Shown: positions 61,196-64,000 of the stretch, in pieces
Numbering within the stretch: the first letter of the stretch is position 1
Layout of the letters: the number at the start of each line of letters is the position of its first letter
Assembly: GCA_964016885.1 (NCBI GenBank)
Contig: OZ024741.1
Coordinates: forward strand, 268,274,001 to 268,338,000
Direction of reading: 5' to 3'
Length of the DNA: 64,000 nucleotides
DNA from: Eledone cirrhosa
Lineage: Eukaryota
Position numbers and translations under genes: made by a program
Notes under the pieces: generated by a model
The model's database searches: none
The model's input: the letters and a program-made list of their open reading frames with translations, nothing else
Told to the model about the DNA's origin: nothing

Positions 61196-63980
61196 ACAAA
61201 CTTTAAAAAACCCGACAACCACCTGATCACCTATAGATCAGGGGAGCACTCTAGTCAGTTAGATTTTATCCTCATCAGAGGACGTGACAGATGGACGGTC
61301 GTAAACACAAAAGCCTTCCCTAGTGAGGAATGTACATCCCAACATAGCTTAGTTGTCAGCGACCTCACGGTCAGAACTAGACGAGCCCTGAAACAGAGGC
61401 CAACCTGGAGAAGAAAGATCTGGAAGCTGAAAGTCCCCTCAACCAGTAACAGATTTAAAGATATTTTACTCAACGCCTACGACAGTAAAGAAGAACAGAT
61501 AGAGACATTTAACGTAGAAGAGAACTGGGAGTTCCTAAAAAATAACTTACTAGAGGCGACGGATGAGGTTTGTGGCTGGAGTAAGACCTCAAGCAGGAGG
61601 AGAGTGACTTGGTGGTGGAACAATAAGGTAGATGAAGCAGTCAAGGCCAAGAGACAGGCATGGAAAGAATGGAAGAACGGGGGGAGCAGGGTACATTACA
61701 TAGAGACCAAGAGGGAAGCTAGGCGACAAGTATACTTAGCTAGGAGGGAAGCAGAGGATAGAAAATTCAAGCATGTTTTACAACGTGAGGACCAGAAACA
61801 GGAGGTATTCAAGATTGCGAGGCAGTGTGTCAGAGATAGTTGTGATGTCATTGGAGAGAAGTGTATCCGGAATGATAAAGGTGAGCTTGCCCTCACAAGT
61901 GCTGAGAAGAAAGATGCATGGAAGAGTCATTATGATAGATTACTAAATGAGGAGAATGCATGGGAAGAAGAGACCCTACCCCACGTAGACCCTATAGAGG
62001 GACCAGCAGTACAAGTCAGCGGCAGCGTAGTAAGTAAGGCAATCAGAGATATGAAGATAGGGAAGGCAACCGGTCCATCGGGTATAGCTGCCGAGATGCT
62101 GAAGGCATCTGGGTCTGTAGGTCACACTATAACCACACGTATCGTTAACCAGGTAATACTAGAGGGGGCCATACCAAAAGATTGGTGCAGTAGCATCATT
62201 GTCAACTGCTACAAAGGTAAAGGCGATGCACTAGATAGAGGAAACTATAGAGGTATAAAGTTGATGGACCAGGTCATGAAAGTAACAGAAAGAGTTATAG
62301 CACAGCTGATTAGGGACCGGGTGAATATAGACGAGATGCAATTTGGGTTTGTTCCAGGGAAAGGCACCACTGATGCGCTCTTCCTTGTGAGACAATTACA
62401 GGAAAAGTACCTAGCTAAAAGTAAGCCACTCTACTTGGCATTTGTCGACCTTGAGAAAGCCTTTGACAGAGTTCCACGTGCAGTAATCTGGTGGGCTCTT
62501 AGAAAACTAGGAGTAGATGAATGGCTTGTGAAAGCGGTACAAGCCATGTATAGGGGAGCAGTCAGCAAAGTTAGGATTGGCAATGAGTATAGCGAGGAAT
62601 TTAGCGTACAGGTTGGGGTCCACCAGGGCTCTGTTCTTAGCCCTCTCCTGTTCATCATAGTCCTGCAGGCAATAACGGAGGAGTTTAAGACCGGATGCCC
62701 ATGGGAACTCCTGTATGCTGATGACCTCGCACTCATAGCTGAATCTATGGTAGAACTAGAGAATAAATTCCAAACCTGGAAGCAGGGACTAGAGGGAAAG
62801 GGCCTCAAAGTCAACATGACAAAGACTAAGGTCCTTATAAGTAGACGAGAAAACAGAACCCAGATCCCCTCAGGGAAATGGCCTTGCTCAGTATGTAGGA
62901 AAGGTGTAGGTAGGAACTCCATTCTTTGCCCCAAATGCAAACAATGGGTACACAAGAGATGTAGCGGGATCTCAGGAAGCTTAATTAAGAATGTAGGATT
63001 CACATGCAGCAGCTGTGCTGAAACAGCAAGCAAACAGCCACAGGAAACAAGTACCACCAATCTCTGGGAGGGCCCTGTAGAAACAGTAGACAGCTTCTGC
63101 TACCTAGGTGACCGAATTAGCAACGGAGGTGGGTGCTCAGAAAGTACAATAACTAGGGTAAGAACGGGATGGAAGAAGTTTAGGGAACTACTACCACTGC
63201 TAGCTGCAAAAGGCTTCTCCCTCAGAATGAAAGGCAGACTGTATGATGCGTGTATCCGAACAGCGATGTTGCATGGTAGTGAGACCTGGGCGCTGAAGGT
63301 GGAAGACTTACGTAGATTAGAGAGAAACGAAGCCTGCATGCTCCGATGGATGTGTAACAGTAATATACGTGAACGACAAAGCATAAATGAATTGAGAGAG
63401 AGACTGAGCATAAGAGGAATCAAATGCTGCGTGCAGGAGAGGCGGTTACGCTGGTATGGACATGTGATGCGTATGAAGGATGACAGCTGCATAAAAAGGT
63501 GCAGAGCACTAGAAGTTGATGGAAACCGCGGAGTGGGGAGACCCAAGATGACTTGGGATGAGGTGATAAAAGCCGACCTTACCCAACTACACCTCTCAAA
63601 GTCAATGACACACGACCGTGACTTCTGGCGTCACGCAGTAATACAGGGTACCCGACCTCCCATGGGTACATGCTGAAGCATATAAACAATATGCCCCCCC
63701 CCCCCCCCACCGCAAGGTGGTCGTGGAGGTGCCACGGCAAAAAAGCACCCAGCCCACACTGTAAAGTGGACGTGTAGGCGCCACGAAAAAGCACCCAGCA
63801 CTCACTGTAAATGAGGTTGGTGTTAGGAAGGGCATCCAGCTGTAGAAATCAAGCCAGATCAGTTCCTGTATGAGCAAGGCATGGTCAGCCGACCAGACAC
63901 TGCCCACAACAGGACAACCCGTCTAACCCATGCTAGCGTGGAAGAACGGACGTAAAACGGTGATGATGATGATGATGATG
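61196..63980 (+). mobile_element. Young 5'-truncated RTE LINE with (GAT)n tail
   Basis: Open frame from the APE C-terminus to stop; possible TSD aagcaaa (61183-61189 and 63981-63987). Confidence 0.97.
61202..63676 (+). CDS. RTE ORF (partial APE endonuclease, reverse transcriptase with PHD-like finger); no native start
   Basis: In-frame upstream of the 61604 ORF: FKKPDNHLITYRSGEHSSQLDFIL..ECTSQHSLVV; then QFGF..VDLEKAFD..QGSVLSP..YADD. Confidence 0.95.
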   Translation, partial: FKKPDNHLITYRSGEHSSQLDFILIRGRDRWTVVNTKAFPSEECTSQHSLVVSDLTVRTRRALKQRPTWRRKIWKLKVPSTSNRFKDILLNAYDSKEEQIETFNVEENWEFLKNNLLEATDEVCGWSKTSSRRRVTWWWNNKVDEAVKAKRQAWKEWKNGGSRVHYIETKREARRQVYLARREAEDRKFKHVLQREDQKQEVFKIARQCVRDSCDVIGEKCIRNDKGELALTSAEKKDAWKSHYDRLLNEENAWEEETLPHVDPIEGPAVQVSGSVVSKAIRDMKIGKATGPSGIAAEMLKASGSVGHTITTRIVNQVILEGAIPKDWCSSIIVNCYKGKGDALDRGNYRGIKLMDQVMKVTERVIAQLIRDRVNIDEMQFGFVPGKGTTDALFLVRQLQEKYLAKSKPLYLAFVDLEKAFDRVPRAVIWWALRKLGVDEWLVKAVQAMYRGAVSKVRIGNEYSEEFSVQVGVHQGSVLSPLLFIIVLQAITEEFKTGCPWELLYADDLALIAESMVELENKFQTWKQGLEGKGLKVNMTKTKVLISRRENRTQIPSGKWPCSVCRKGVGRNSILCPKCKQWVHKRCSGISGSLIKNVGFTCSSCAETASKQPQETSTTNLWEGPVETVDSFCYLGDRISNGGGCSESTITRVRTGWKKFRELLPLLAAKGFSLRMKGRLYDACIRTAMLHGSETWALKVEDLRRLERNEACMLRWMCNSNIRERQSINELRERLSIRGIKCCVQERRLRWYGHVMRMKDDSCIKRCRALEVDGNRGVGRPKMTWDEVIKADLTQLHLSKSMTHDRDFWRHAVIQGTRPPMGTC

Positions 63981-64000
63981 AAGCAAAGAGATATTTAATT

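Overview
AT-rich, repeat-saturated animal genomic DNA, most consistent with an octopus (coleoid cephalopod) intronic or intergenic region. The evidence is abundant (TA)n/(CA)n/(GAT)n microsatellites, tRNA-derived SINEs and many RTE-clade LINE copies carrying a PHD-like finger; one copy (61196-63980) has about 825 uninterrupted codons. Other mobile elements: two 5'-truncated Penelope-like elements (PLE, RT thumb + GIY-YIG), an internally deleted Chapaev3-type DNA transposon with intact ends and TAA TSD, a decayed Gypsy gag-protease, CR1 and R4-like fragments, and several MITEs. Only one plausible host exon is visible (about 29113-29424). The most notable unexplained structure is a dense set of type I hammerhead ribozymes (HHR): about 12 loci in several sequence families, with compensatory stem changes. 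Most lie inside 105-500 bp fold-back palindromes embedded in (TA)n tracts, and the symmetry axis repeatedly falls at, within or just 5' of the ribozyme core. A second conserved RCTC...GAGY hairpin follows 30-65 nt downstream of the predicted cleavage site. Two of these ribozyme modules are the 3' pseudo-LTRs of the PLEs in the window, pointing to a PLE-mobilised, microsatellite-targeting, non-coding ribozyme fold-back element system. All calls are from manual reading; no alignment, folding or database search was run.
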